A DNA stretch of 64,000 nucleotides from Ramazzottius varieornatus (Eukaryota > Animalia > Tardigrada), in assembly GCA_001949185.1 (NCBI GenBank), contig BDGG01000003.1, forward strand, positions 3,393,158 to 3,457,157. The letters run 5' to 3'. The translations under genes were made by a program, and so were the position numbers. Of this stretch, positions 1-21,137 are shown one piece after another. The notes beneath the pieces were generated by a model that had not been told where the DNA came from, searched no databases, and saw only the letters and a program-made list of their open reading frames with translations. Within the stretch, counting starts at the first letter, position 1. The number at the start of each line of letters is the position of its first letter.

Positions 1-1343
1 CGGAAACACTCCACTCATTGAACCTGTCTACGTTCTTGAAGAACATTTGACTGCCCTGAGGTCCAACTAGCGAGGCCTCGACAGCGTCCAGAGCTGCATG
101 AACAACAAACTGGCACAGATGACGATAATCTTCTCTCTGTAACTAGAACATTCGTTATGTGGGAACCTGGGAGGATAAGCAAAAGACGAAATGCGTTCTG
201 CTGGGATATACCGGAATGCTGCTGGTACTGTCATCGTGCTTTAGCGCCTCGAACTCGAACAATGGCTGATCCCGATGACCAACAATGACAAAATAGAGAC
301 GTCCAAACTGTGGAAACGTCATCGGAAGTCAGAGACTGCAACAATGAAGTCTTCAAACGATCAGTTCGGGATCACCGAAGATTTCGATATTCGTCTATCT
401 GGGTGGACTTTGGAACTTGTCAAAGGCCTCGGTCGTCCGTGTTCCTTGAGCAAAACTGTATGAGATCGGAAAGCGATTCGCTAACGATAATTTGTACTGG
501 AAGGAAAGATGGACTATCGTTCAGACGGGACGATTCAACCTAATCAGCTGTTTAGCTATTCACCAATGCGCGTTTTGCCTGTCACTAATATGGTTGCCCA
601 CATGGTGCTTATCCGCGGTATGTAGCCAGGTAATCAATAATCATTCGATCGAAGCTTCAGTATTACGTGGGTAAATATAACACACAAAGATAGCCTTTGA
701 CGTTATTCGTAAATCGCAATCTCACAGAGTCATAATATAGCAGCTATAGCCTATAGCTGGTTTCTAGTTTTGAATTTCCCTTCCCAAGAAAGAAAGACCT
801 GGTTAGAGAAGGCGCTGAACGACGCGCGAGCGGAGCGCGAACGACTCGGTGAGTTGTATTTCCTAGGTCGTTTTAAGATCGGAGTGCGCATCCGTTCCCA
901 GTCCGCTCTCCTTTTCGGTCGTTCTCAGTCCGGTCCGTTTTCGGTCACGATCTGATTCGCTTCGCCTTCAGTCTGTTCTTTTCTTTGCTTTCAAATGGCT
1001 CGTTTCCGTCAAAACAAGTTCGGACAAGTCCGCACGGGTTTCGGCCAGGCCGGCAGCCTGGCGACCAGCCATCGAGTTTTGCTAGAGGTATCTGACATGA
1101 GTAATGGAGTCTCACTCTTGTTCAGGTGAGTCACTCGGTGCCTTCTTCCGCAGCCGTTTACCCGAGAACAAACCGCACAAGTAGTTCCCTAAAACGGTGA
1201 GGCGGAACAATGAAACGTTTCCTATAAACTGATGTTATCCAAATAGCCAAAGAAGCTCGACAAAGATTTTCAGGGGAAAGTTCCGTTTTATTTGTTCGGC
1301 CGCTTGCCGCCATGGCGCATTTTGAGACGCAGTGCGTCATTAG

Positions 1344-1931
1344 TAAGTTTGTAAATTCCAGGCCGAATGCCCTTGGAATGGAAAATAGGAAAGGCATCCC
1401 TAATATTCCTATATTCCTGTTTCCCTTCTCCAGAACGTCCTCGCAAAAATCTGTAATTCCAAAGTCCCATCTGCCAGTTTGGTTCTTTTTACATACCCAT
1501 CTAAAACAATAAACACGATCTGAAGTCATCAACAAATATGGTTTTGAGACTGAAAGCCAGCTGGAGATTGGCTGATCCGAACTTTCGGCCTTGTCGGACC
1601 TGAAAGTCCAAGGGAAAGTCAAGGACTTACGCACAGTTGAATTCGCCGCATACTTCAGTGCGACGGATCGAAAATGCTATTGGTTGTTCAACTGAACGAC
1701 CAATTAGCCTCAGTGGTACGCATGTGTGAGTCGGCGTCGGGTTCAGTTTTTCGACAGAATCTGCTGGATCTTCGACTGTTTCCCTCGTGGAATTCCTAAA
1801 TTTTCACCAAAATCTTCTCGTTTTCTGAATAGGAATTCCACCGTTCCAAACGGCTACCCCTTGGAACGGAACGGAATTCCAGGAATGGAACGGAATTTGG
1901 AGAGGAATGGAATTAGGAATTTACAACCCTA
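1344..1931. mobile_element. Non-autonomous hAT-type DNA transposon (MITE-like)
   Basis: 16-bp imperfect TIRs (taagtttgtaaattcc / ggaatttacaacccta) flanked by a perfect 8-bp TSD GTCATTAG (1336-1343 and 1932-1939); ggaat/attcc subterminal repeats. Confidence 0.8.
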
Positions 1932-2251
1932 GTCATTAGTGCGCCCCGCCCTCCCCGAAAATGTGTATCATCACCAGCGCAAGCAGGCCGCGCCTGTGCG
2001 CACTGGCAGTCTGGTGACGCGTCGTTCCGTTTCTGGTGGCAGGTCGTTCGGGACGTGAGCCGGATCGGTACAGGACCCGTTGGTTCATGGGTTCCGTTCA
2101 GTCTTCATCGGGTTTAATATCTTTGATTACGATGTCCTGCTTCATCGTTTGGATGCTCCACAAGTTGGTTCAGTGTTGATCTGAATACTTTTGGGAGGAA
2201 ATCCTGAGCAATACGGATACGGCGCAGACTCTGCGCGTCTTCGTTCGAAGA

Positions 2252-3581
2252 ATGGTACTCGACCGGAACCTTCAAAATGGCTTAGCTTTAGGAGATGCTA
2301 ATCTGGTCGTTGCCGACAGCCGCACCTGTCTTGTAATCGGCGGATGTGGGTTCCTAGGACGTCATCTGGTTGAGGACCTCATCACGAGGAAGTGGAAGAT
2401 TCGCGTATTCGATGTCAGACAAACCTTTGACGCTCCCGAAGCGGTCTTCCATGTCGGAGATCTCTGTGATAAGAAAGCTCTAATCGCGGCCATGCAGGGC
2501 TGCAGCACGGTATTCCACTGCGCCAGTCCGGCTCCCTCCAGCTCAAACAAGGACATGTTCTGGAAAGTTAACGTCGAAGGGACCAAAATTGTGATATCGG
2601 CCTGCAAAGCTGCTCAAGTGTCAAGACTTGTCCTCACAAGCAGGTGGGTTTTTCTTGGTTGGCGCAGTTCACTCCGATTGTGTATAATTACTCTGTTTCA
2701 TTATAGTGCCAGCGTTATTTACGAAGGTAACGATATTCTGGGCGACGACGAAGACAGCCCGTATGCCACGAATCCAGTGGACTTTTATACTTCCACTAAG
2801 ATCGCGCAAGAACAACTGGTTTTGCGAGCTAACCGAGTAAGAATTCGGCAAGCTTGACTAGATTGTTTTCCAACTAGCGCACATTGTTAGTGCTGTGGGC
2901 TGTCAGCGTGCGCCACTCGGAAAACGATCTAGTCAAGCTCGCTCGTCTAGATCCCATTCGTGGCTCACTCGCGAAGTGGTGTGCTGGACCAACTAGCGCT
3001 CTTTCTTCCAGGTGAATAATGGTCGTCTTCTCACGATAGCCATTCGTCCGCACGGTATTTTCGGTCCGCGGGACACGACAATGGTTCCTACATTGGCCGA
3101 CGCCGCCCGCAAAGGCAAGATGAAGTTTATCATCGGTGACGGAAACAACGTAGTGGACTTCACCTACGTCAAGAACGTCTCCCACGGACTTATTCTCGCC
3201 GCACTGGCATTAGAGAAGAACTCCGACCTTGGTGGTCAAGCATTCCACATCACCAACGACCAGCCCATTCTCTTCTGGGAGTTCATGAAGCGATTACTGG
3301 AAGGGTTGGGGTACGAAAGCCCGAAGCGACATCTTCCTCGTTGGTTAGTGTACTATCTCGCGATAGTTCTTGCCTTCGTAAGCCAGCTCATCGGTCGGTT
3401 CAAGAAATGGGAGCCGACCTTCACGCCCATGCGCGTTGCTCTGATCAGCACGCACCATACGTATTCCTGTGAGAAAGCCAAGAACCTTCTTGGCTATCAG
3501 CCTGTAGTTTCCCTGGATGAAGGGATAAAGCTCACTTTAGAACATTTCGACCATCTGAGGAACGTTGATACGTATTCGTGA
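2252..3581 (+). CDS. NSDHL: Sterol-4-alpha-carboxylate 3-dehydrogenase (NSDHL, 3-beta-HSD family), 3 exons
   Basis: GGCGFLG Rossmann motif, FHCASP, VNVEGT, YTSTK (YxxxK), IRPHGIFGPRD, DFTYVKNV; introns about 2644-2706 and 2837-3011. Confidence 0.9.
2842..2941. repeat. Intronic palindromic repeat family, copy in NSDHL intron
   Basis: agcttgactagattgttttcc...gtgcgccactcggaaaacgatctagtcaagct. Confidence 0.75.
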
Positions 3582-3870
3582 TGCCCGGTTGAGAGAATAC
3601 CTCACTGGCAGAATTTATTTAAAGTATTTCATGAATAATAAAACTGGCTGACACCAAAAAATCTGAAATCTGAAGTGAACTTTCTTATTGAAATAAAACT
3701 CTGTAGAACTTCGCGGCTGCGTGATGTTGCAAAACTATGTCCTTTGCATTCAGACGTGATTATCATAAAGGTATTGATAGTTGAGCAGTATGTATTGTTC
3801 GAATATTGTGCCCGATGAGGCAAGGCGTGGGCCGGTGCCTTGTTACTGAGAAAACCCAAGCCGGGTCTTC

Positions 3871-5841
<1,971 letters not shown>

Positions 5842-6512
5842 TTTTGTCGGTGTTGTGGATTGTCGAGGAGGTGTTAGGAGTAGAACCTAGAGGAATTGAA
5901 TGTCACAGTCACGAAATCAGAAGAGGAAGCTGCTGAGAAAGCAAAGTGCTTAGGATTGGAGTACCATGTCATGTCATGTTATGATCTGGTTAGTATATAT
6001 GACATTGATGCTCACAGATGCTCGCAGTTGCTCGCGCCTCACAGGACGAGAATGGAAAACTCCGATAGGAGAGTGAACAGATGAATTTTGTTTTACTACA
6101 AGCACGGTGCCGCTAAATGAGGAAGAAAATGCTGCTATTCTCGCACACAGCCACGAGATAAAAAGCATGACTAGACCAGTAAAATTAACCATATTGATTC
6201 GAACACGAAAACGGGAATCAGCCTGAACAAGAGGCAATAATGACAAAGAGGCAGAAAGCATACAACAGTAGCGAATGATAAAAACAAGTTCACTGCGCTG
6301 GCTACTATCACAGAGGAGACGAGAGCCAGATGAACAAAAGGGAGAGAAAACGCAGAAGACTAAATTAAATTTAAAAACCGATATAAGCAGAGGAAAAACT
6401 CTGCGCGAAAAGTGTTTACAAAAAACGCTCGCAGATCTCTTATTTTGGATCTTGTTTTGGAATCAATGGTTGTCTTTCTGGGGTCTTAAATGTTCCCATC
6501 GAGCTCGACGGA

Positions 6513-11502
<4,990 letters not shown>

Positions 11503-12183
11503 TGTAGCGAACGTTGAGTAATCAGGAGACTAAATAGGGACAAGGGATTCACCTAAAGACAAAGTAACGCAGTTAACGTTTCATATAGAGTACAGCAGCG
11601 ATGCCAACCTATTCGAAGTGGAAGTGTAATGGTCTTACTCACCGAAGGGCCAAGCGGCAAAAAGGAAACACAGGAGTCAGGTGGAAGACTTTTCCTCTGT
11701 CCAAAGGGATATTGAATGTGGTTACCGTCACAGGGTAAGGATGCCAACAGTCGATATCGTATCAGGCAACATATAGAGCAACATCCCGAAGTCCCGTCTC
11801 AAGAGTCAACTCCTCGTTCGTTCCCAACCAATAAGCTTGTGCTTGAAAACAAACCTCACTTAATCTTCCGTTGGTCCCTGCTACAATAAGTTAGTACTGC
11901 AAGGAAGTCAGCCTACGAACTCCCCGAAGAGGGGAGATCAAGAAAGGATTCAATGGAATCTTGGAAAAGTGAAGATTAAGATTTTGATGCTTGAAAGTTA
12001 AGTGTCAAAGTAATGAACTGCAAAAATTTTCATGTTGGCCTTCCCGGCCCGACCCGACGGTTCTGAAAGGACCGTACAAAGGCCGCTGGTGGAACGCTTC
12101 TGGCTCTGAAGCTGCAAAGTTTGCAACTTGGGTACTTCCCCATTCCCCTACCCTCAAGGCATGACCTGAGTCACTAACAGGCA

Positions 12184-12462
12184 CAGCGGTGGACGGATGA
12201 TTTTCTCAGCCTAATATCGAGCTTTTCTTAGCTGTCACGTATGACCTGGCATGAACTATTACAACGGCTAATTTTGTCATCAGTTGGCGGATTCTACCCT
12301 ACTGAACAGGAGACCTGGTCTTCGAAGGATATTCGGCACGATATTTTTCATATCCATAAGATTGATCGACTGATTACCCTTCCTGAGTTAGGCTGCACTC
12401 GGTAACGTCGCGCCGTTCCGTGTTTTCAGTAATTCGCTGAGAAAATCATCCGTCCACCGCTG
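12184..12462. mobile_element. MITE with perfect 27-bp TIRs (hAT-like CAG ends)
   Basis: cagcggtggacggatgattttctcagc (12184-12210) and its exact reverse complement (12436-12462); no internal ORF. Confidence 0.75.
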
Positions 12463-13048
12463 GTCACTACTACCTGTGGTATGTCGCAGCAGGTTAATTG
12501 GCGTAATCATGTCAACATGATCATCACATTCGGTTGCATTTCATGGCGCAGACGGAGATCTTCGCGTCGTCCGCTTTGCTCTGACCAATGTCCATGAGGG
12601 CAGTGTATTCTGACCTCCGGAAACTGGGAGCGGACACCGAGGAAAATTTTTGGGTTAGGACACGTTGGAATGAATGAGCGTGGCCTGCTTTTGGATGCTC
12701 CGGATACTTGCTGATTGCTGAACCAATTACTCGGAGGGCCACCGGAAGTACGTACTACGTAGGGGTAAAGGCCGTAAAGCCAAACGTTTCGTAATGCCAG
12801 AGTTCGTGCGGAATGCAACTGTTGCTTCACTCGGTGCAGCCTAACATTTAAGTTAGATTTTCTGTGCAGAATTCCATGAAGACCAAAGACGTTCACGAGA
12901 TGACCGCGTTCCACAGCTCTTCCTTGTCAACTCCGATGGAATCACACACGTAGCCTGATTCCTGAAAGCAAGTTCGAATCAAATACGGACGCATCTTCGA
13001 CGGACCTTCTAATCGATGGCGCCTGGAACCCTCTCGCAGACGTCTCCG

Positions 13049-16000
13049 ATGGCGCAGGAAGTTTGCAGCGTGCAAGTTGTCTCGCAGTGCTATCTGAACG
13101 AAGCGTACGATGACAGTCCTTCAGCACACGTCAGCATCAGTCGCGATATGGGTACGTACATATCCTTGAAATTCCCTCAATTTACTCGCCGGAAATTTAC
13201 CTGTTGCATGTTTCAAACAGACAAGATTCAGGGAGCTGACGAGATCGTCGAAAGCATACCAAACGGAAATGCCACCGGAAGTCTCCACCGTGAAACTGCC
13301 GAGGAAGACAAGATTGACTTGCGCTTTCCTGTTGTAAAGCCTTACTTCCTGAAAAACATGCCGATCGAAGTACTAGTCACCGAGTTACTTCAGGACGAAG
13401 GTTCCGGCGGAAGAAACATTTTGTACGTGTAGCTCGGGTTAAACACATTTTAAGACTGTCTGTCTCCAGTTTCCACCTTCTCATGCGTAGGTACAAGATT
13501 GGACTGGAACATGGCGGATACTTCTGGACCATATTCAGGTGAACTCCACATATATCGAACATCACTGTCACAACCACTCCTGGCTTTACGGGAAGATGCT
13601 CAAGCTAGCTTTTTTTCTTATATAGGAGTTACGCCCAAATTCAGGCACTGTTTTCCAGCTTGTACTACCACAACAAGTCAATTCCGCATAATCAAACAGT
13701 GTACGGACTACGGACTAGACTTTTTCGATTTCATATACCCTACACGGTTTCCTGGTACAATATTACATTTCTGTTGCTTCATTTCGACAGCGTGGAGGCC
13801 GATCTCGCATTACGGCAAGTCAGAAGATTTCCAACCCTTCCCGAACAGCTAGCTCCTAACAGCGACCTTGAAACACGAATCGCGCATTGTGTAAGATAGT
13901 GGATTTTTTTACTTTCTAGTACTTGGTTGGTTTCGATCCGCCTAACGATTACTGTACGTTTTAGCGGTCTGTGGAGAATCTTCTGACAGAGCTTCTCGAT
14001 CACTCTCTATGGCGGGAACATGAGACATGCCGTCGATTTCTAGTAGTGTCTGCGGTTAGTTTCCGGGATGGTCGAGTGGCCACTCGAGAGAAGGACCAAG
14101 AGATCATTGTCAGAAAGTTGAGCTGCAGTATTTGCACTCTACACCACAACTTCTGCAATCACGACAACAACATGTGCAAGATATTCGCTCGGTGGAAGTT
14201 TCGGTATTGTACCCTGTTTACCACGATAAGACAATGACAGACGTTGTCGTACAGAACTGCTTTTCAAATTTAGTTGGCTAATCGTTCAGGAGACCTGCTA
14301 TCTGTACACCCGCCCTGAAAGTGGGGAATTAGCAGCAGTCTTTCTGTTTGACCAGAGAATGGAAATAAAGTACCTTCAGACACGCCCACATGCCTTGATG
14401 CTGAAGCACAGCCTGAAAGATTTGGTTCTTGACTTCGCCGATACAGCAGAAAGAGATACCTGGATCGCGCAGGTACTTGCGATAACGGAACCATTCAAGA
14501 AGCCATGGTTAACTAGAGATATTGCTACAGAGGTTGAATTCGCACAGGTCGCGCATAAAATGAAAACGACAGGAGCCGATTGGATCACTCCGCAGCCGCA
14601 TACATCATTCGCACCAGCGCGAGAAGACATCTACGCCAAGTTCTTCATCAACGGAGCCAGTTACATGCCGGCTGTGGCTGACGCGCTTGAAAGTGCCAAG
14701 GAGGAAATATTCATCGGTGGCTGGTGGGTCGCTCCGGAAGTGTTTCTGAAGAGGCCAGTCACCGAAGGAACTAAGTGGAGGTTGGACAAGATATTAAAAC
14801 GCAAAGCTGTGAGTAACCGCTCTCTTATAGGAGGTGTCGAAGTAGATATCCTTATGGATGAACGACCAGACTGTGAATATTTCCAGGAAGAAGGCGTGAA
14901 AATCTATATTCTAATGTACAAGGAATCCAGAGTTGCCCTTGGCATTAACAGTCTGTATTCCAAAAAGAAACTGGCCACGATCCATCCTAACATCATGGTA
15001 AAAGCAGTTTTGAACTGTTGTGTACCTGTTTGACAATCATCAACGGGTCATTGGCTTACAGGTTCAGCGGCATCCGGATCATAATGTTCTCTTATGGTAC
15101 TTCCTGGTTTGGAAATTTTCACTGGAGCACTCGGCGATTGCTGTCATTGCTTTAGGTCCCATCACGAGAAGTGCGTTATCATAGACCAAAAGCTGGCTTT
15201 TCTTGGAGGTATTGATCTGTGCTACGGCCGGTAAGTCGCTTTAATGTCCCCTTTCTCCGCGCATCGAATAGACAGATTTTACATCCAGGTGGGAGGATTA
15301 TCATTACCGGATGAACGACCAGTCTCCGGAAATGCGGCAGGTTGGTTGGTCAGAATACTGTACCAGTCCGCTGGCTCGTAATGTCTGATGACGTAATGTC
15401 TGTACAGTTCGGGTATTATGTGCAGAGCAAAGCGACCGGGTCTTTGAAGAAGGCGAGCGAAAGTCTAGCTGGCCGGAAATTCGACAAAGCGAAACATAAG
15501 GCCGGAGGTCCGCGTCGCAGAGGCAAGAAGCGCCATGCCTGGGGACAAGCTGCAATGGCCCCAGTGCGCGGGGTTCAAGCTCGGATGAACGTACCTCGCT
15601 TCCGCTTTGGGAGCAAAATGGTACGTTCTTCGCTCCTTCAGTGCCCACAACGCTGTATTGTGTATGATGTCCCAGCCTAGCTGTAATTGTCCTCTTTTGA
15701 TAGAATCATCGCTACAGAACCTACAGACGTTCCTTCTTGAGCAAGACCGCCTTGGCCTTGAGGTAGCCTAAAAAGAGTAATCTCTAGCTGTAGTCGGCGA
15801 AAGATGCACAAAGTGCAGGTTCTTTTATGACTTAGTCGGTCTGGCTGCAAGAACAAATCGGATTCCAAGGTGGAAGAAGGGACGCCAGATGAAGAGCTGA
15901 ACGAACTGGGCAGAAGTAAGCTACACTCCACATGTTTCTTACGCTTTGGAAAACATTACTGAATGATTTCTTTTGTCTCTTAGCGTACACATGGATTGGA

Positions 16001-18124
16001 AAAGACTACATAAACGAAGTTAGGGAAGCTTTCTCTCAATCAGATAATGGTCATCCCTACGAAGGTACCTCGAAAACCAAGACATCATGTCTGATGCTCT
16101 GGACACATTATCTCTACACATAAATATCGTGACTGTAATGGCGCGACTTCAAAATAGAGTAGCAAACTACTTTATATGTTATGGCTTGTTATTGTAGATG
16201 AGCTGGACAGGGACAAGGTTCCCCGTCTTCCCTGGCACGATGCCGGCACCTGCATGTGGGGCGTGGCTGCGCGCGACTTGGCTCGTCACTTCATCCAGAA
16301 GTGGAACGCTTGCAAGTTCCAGAAAGTGCGCTTCGAATCCGAGTACCCCTTCATCATTCCCAAACGTTACGGCGATCTGGAAGCCGTTACGGAACCGCCC
16401 TGTGAGAACACTCATCGCTGCCGTGTCCAAGTTCTCCGCAGCACAGCCTCTTGGTGTGTAACACTGAAAAACTCTGAAAACACTCGGTTTTGACTCGCAT
16501 GTGGATATTGACGAAGGTCTGCCGGACTACTGCCGCATGCGTTTGAGAAGTCCATCCAGCAAGCTTACATCGATCTGATATCGGCAGCTAAGCATTTCGT
16601 CTACATGGAGGTATGACTTTTGTCATCAGTTTCGGTAATGGTATGATTCGTTTTATTGTACAGTTTTTCGCAGAGTCAATTTTTCATCACGACAGTGGCC
16701 AAGCACAAGCGAGTGAAGAACGAAGTTGGAGATGCTATTTTCAACCGCATCGTTAGAGCCGCGAAGTATATGCAACAGTTGTGCTGGACTTCTCTCGGGC
16801 TCTTGGCAATATGGTCTTGTTTTGCAGGAATGGTGAGAACTTCCAGCTGTACATTGTCATACCTCTTCAGCCCGCCATAGCTGGAGCTTACGGAACTCGT
16901 GGTGGAGCGGCACTACAAGCTGTGACACATTTCAATTACCGCAGGTGACTACGCCAGTGTTACCTTGATTTTATAATCGTATTCCTTATATCTTCATAGT
17001 GCTCAGCTGAGAGTCGGTTTACTAATCCGAAACTGGTTGCAGCATATCCCGTGGTGGCTTTTCCATATTTGAGCAGTTAAACTTAAAAGGTAAGAAAGAA
17101 AACCCAGACGTTGTTTTCTCCTGCTGGCCTTGTCCAGTTAATGAACATCAGCTCTCGTCGTCCACAGGTATCGATCCGTCACGGTACATTACTATATCCG
17201 GTCTTCGTCAACACGATGAGATTTCTGGATTACTTGTAAGTTCGTTCCCGTGTGTAGTAAGATTCAGCCTTGGGAGTAATGCCGTTGTATCTTCGTAGAG
17301 TACAGAAATAGTCTACGTTCATAGTAAGTTGATGGTGGTGGACGATGTGTTCACAATAATCGGCTCAGCCAACATGAACGATCGGTCATTGGTGGGAAAC
17401 CGGGATAGCGAAATTGCGATCCTTGTTGAGGACTTGGAGTTCGAAGACTCGGTGATGGACAGTCGACCGTATCGGGCTGGAAAATACTCTGGAAGACTGC
17501 GGAAGGAACTCATGAAGTGTGTTGCGTCGTTCACACTTTACTATTCGTACGATCTGGTTCTGAACACGGCGTTCATGGCTTTATGTTGACAGAGTCAATT
17601 TGGGACTTCTGGAGGACCTGCCTCGTGGACTTCCGGTAGAAGAGGCGAACCTCCTCGTTCGCGATCCTGTCTGCGAGGAGTTCTTCCGCGGTGTGTGGAT
17701 CAAGAATGCTGTGCGGAATGACGAAATCTACGCTCAGGTACAAACTGGCTTTCGTCGAATGTGCACCGACCACCGGTGAAATGCTTCTCCATCGCTTCTG
17801 AATGCAAGTACAGTGTCGAACTCACATTTTAGGTATTTGCGCCGGTTCCAACCGACAAAGTCTTGCGGTTCTCCGAGCTGAAAGAATGGGAGAAGCAGAA
17901 GACACTGAACCAAACTGACCCGGAGAAAGCTCGCGATCTTCTTCGTGAGGTTCAAGGCTATGTAGTCAAGTTCCCCCTCAAGTTTCTTCGAGACTCGAAA
18001 TTGCTACCGAGCGTGAGCACTGCTGCAGGAGTGAGTGTTTTTCCTTTGCCTGCACAACTTTACAATGCGGTGGAAATTGACTTGATTTGTATTGTAGTTA
18101 CTTCCGTTCGTCAACTGGACATGA
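13049..18124 (+). CDS. PLD: Phospholipase D (PX-PH-HKD, PLD1/2 type), multi-exon; start approximate
   Basis: [28 protein letters not shown]1 [35 protein letters not shown]2 [24 protein letters not shown]-terminal P..NWT*. Confidence 0.92.
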
Positions 18125-19417
18125 AAAGGGCCAAATGACTGGCGTGAACCAGCTGAACTGATGGCTGCTCAGGTACCAGGAAGTGTGTGTTTCCGCTCTT
18201 CGGAGACCCGCCTGGATGCTTCGTGTCTGTGATCCTTCCCCACCTTGATTTAATCTTTTACTGCCCTTTTGATACATTCCATCCTCTTTTGCGTGTGGTT
18301 GAATACACAGAGTTTTAATGCAGCTGTGATATTCCATCTATTAATGACTTAGTATTCCATTTTTGGCTAATTGTTTCTTGGCGGATATCCGCTGACATCC
18401 CATACCAAACTTTCTCGTTGCATCAATCGAAAAGGTATTTATGACTTGAGATGATGTGATATTCTTGAGGAAAAAGAAAGCATCGCTAACGCTTAAAAGC
18501 TGCTGATTCAATCCTCCACGTACTTCCTTTATAATGTAGGGTAATTATCTGATGGAGTGAAGTGTATACCAGAAATGTCACGGAGGACGTCAGTGCGCCG
18601 CCGGCAAACTACAGTAACTGCGGCAAACTATAGTAACTCGGATGGCAGCCAACTCGTAGTTACCGCGCGAACTGGCATGTACAGGATGAAATGTTGTATT
18701 ATTTATGGAGCAACAGGATCCCATACGTGTTCATACATCCAGAAAAAAAGGGACAACAACACGAGGCAGCACGTCATCCTCGCACGCACTACGCAGTACG
18801 GATATGGAACTTCGGCAAATAAATTCATCCAGGTCGTTTCCCAAGAGACGCACGGTCTCGGCCATTCGCAACGAAAGCGCACCCCACTTCGCATAACGGT
18901 CAGGGTGAAATCGTTTGCCGAAGTCCCATATAAGTTGGTGATACCCGATGTAACCGAATGTCTCGTATCGATCGTACGGAGTCCTGACGTTCGAGTGAAG
19001 GCATTTGTCCCAGCCAACCTGGGACTAGCTCTCAAAGTATAGCGGAATGCTTCAGTAAGTGTCAAATTCCGAGTCGTGCCGCCCGATGCTTTCTCCCGGT
19101 CGAGTTCCTTTATTCGTATTTCAACTGCGCCGGGACAATGACAGCCTCCCAAGATGCACTCTTCTTTGCTTTCACAAGCGAAGAGCCTATTGAGTATTCC
19201 GTACGTTGAGAGAACTGAACAACTCTTGATAACTTTCTTTTGTTGGATGCCGAGTGGCCGAGCGACCCAAGTGCGCAACTTTAAGTTGTCTAAGCATATC
19301 TCGTCCCATTTTTTGTTTTAGTCGGCACCGTCAGAATATCACTTCAGTATTTTTGCACAGGTTTTCGTACTCGTTTGGGTCCTCACCTAAAGCGTGGTCC
19401 AAAGAGACTTTATTACG

Positions 19418-20884
19418 ATGCAACTTCCTTGTTTGTACTGTGGTGTGATTTTCCTCATATCGCGGGCGCATTCAGCTTGGTCGTGGCGGACCGATTCCGA
19501 GTCGATCCTCAAACCGCAATCACTAGAGGATATCATCAACACGGAAGCTCTGCAACACGATCTAGCCTGGGACGATACCTTGGACGGAAGTTACGGTGTT
19601 GACTCTGCAAGGTGGGATCGTGCTCCCACATGGCAGAACACACCTGCCAGCTCGCGTTTGCCTACAGCCCACTTCCGGCCTGTCGGCGGCACACCTGATG
19701 GGGAAGCAACTGCCTCGCCCAGTTCTCAGAAGCAGGACCACAACGAGGAAGTTCCCTTCTATGTAAAATCCGACAAGGAAGCCGACATGCCTCGGCTTCC
19801 CTCGAGCACTGTAAATACAGTTGGAATTGAATTAGAAAAACCAACAGTGGGCGACTTGAAAGAAGTGGAGATTACTCTGGGCAGAGATGATGGCCAAATC
19901 GATTTGTCCAAGTAAGTTAATCTGGAGCAAAGTGCTTGCCGTAATGTCTTCTGTATGCAATGGCTATGTTTCAGGGATGATCGGGAGCAAGATGATGGGT
20001 CGTCGACAGAGTCATCAAGTGCCTATTCAAAGGAGGATATCAAAACGACGACGGAAGACAGTGAAGAAAGCGAAGAGGAAGTGGTCGATATGAAAGACAA
20101 ACCGGAAACAGCTGCTGCTCCATCTTTCAGCCCGGATGTTATGCAAGTGACTCCCGTCCTCGCTCCATTTTTCCTATCCACCATCGGCACAACCGAGAGA
20201 GCTCCCGGCGTTTCCCTTTACACAAAACTGGCACGCTATCAAACGCCGCCTCCTTCGCACATGAAAGTCCAGCCGAGTCCTCACCTGATCGAGCCGAAAC
20301 ATAACCTGTCTAATCAAGGCGAATTAGAAAAGGTCAAGAGGGTCAGTTCAGACTTGGATGACGATCAAACAACATCCGTTGAAAACAGGAAGACAAATTC
20401 CGTCTACCTTCCCATTATTTTGGCCTGTACCGGCTTGGCTATTTCTGGTTTTTTGATCGCCGCAGTATTTTACCGACGCTATTCTTACACGCGAAAGGTG
20501 AGCCGCTTCAGCGATACTCCTGCTTACGGCATCACAGGTCCTCGAAGCAATTCAAACAGTGTGGATTACGAAGGGGATAACCTACTGGGGAGGTCAGCGG
20601 AAGACTATCATTATCGATCACAGAGGAAGCAGATGACTTTGACGTCGACCAACAGCGGCGGCAATGCCACGGTTGCACACACGGATGCCCATTCGGATTA
20701 TGACACTGAGGATGAAGAAGATCAAGGAAGTGATTTCGGGGACTATACGGTCTACGAATGTCCTGGTCTTGCACCTGCCGGAGAATTCGAGGTGGTGAAC
20801 CCCATGTATTCGGACAGGAAAGATTCGCGAACTAGTCAATCAAGTGTCGTCATCAACATCAGCGCCGAGGAAAATCCATACTGA
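19418..20884 (+). CDS. NPDC1: NPDC1/CAB-1-like single-pass membrane protein, 2 exons
   Basis: Signal peptide, TM segment (VYLPIILACTGLAISGFLIAAVFY), PAYGITGP, YHYRSQRKQM and the diagnostic GDYTVYECPGLAPAGEFEVVNPMY motif. Confidence 0.85.
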
Positions 20885-21137
20885 ATTCCACGCTATGGTT
20901 TCTAAGTGCTTTATACGGTTTTATCAGCAAATAATCTTCCAGTTGCAAACCGCGTTTGCACACAAGCAGAAGAACATCGGCAAAAATGTCTGGGAAAAAA
21001 ATATGTCCGGATCGAGTTTATTCTAACCGGAAATGAACACAACATCGTATGAAAAATAACATTCGAAAATCATTCCCTATTGAACTAATTGGTATCCAAG
21101 TTCGAAACAGAGTGGAGGTACCGTGTTAAGGGAAGCT

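Noticed and set aside
1-560. Short + strand frames faintly resembling a SANTA or BED-type domain
   Set aside because: Frames are broken and the motifs too weak; possibly the tail of an upstream gene or a pseudogene, but not supportable
1158-1634. 158-aa minus-strand ORF
   Set aside because: Straddles the MITE boundary; no recognisable domain
12507-12914. 135-aa minus-strand ORF upstream of PLD
   Set aside because: No motif or clear splice structure; probably chance
18557-19278. Overlapping 161-aa and 191-aa ORFs on opposite strands
   Set aside because: Non-ATG starts and non-protein-like composition; probably the 5' UTR or promoter of the NPDC1-like gene
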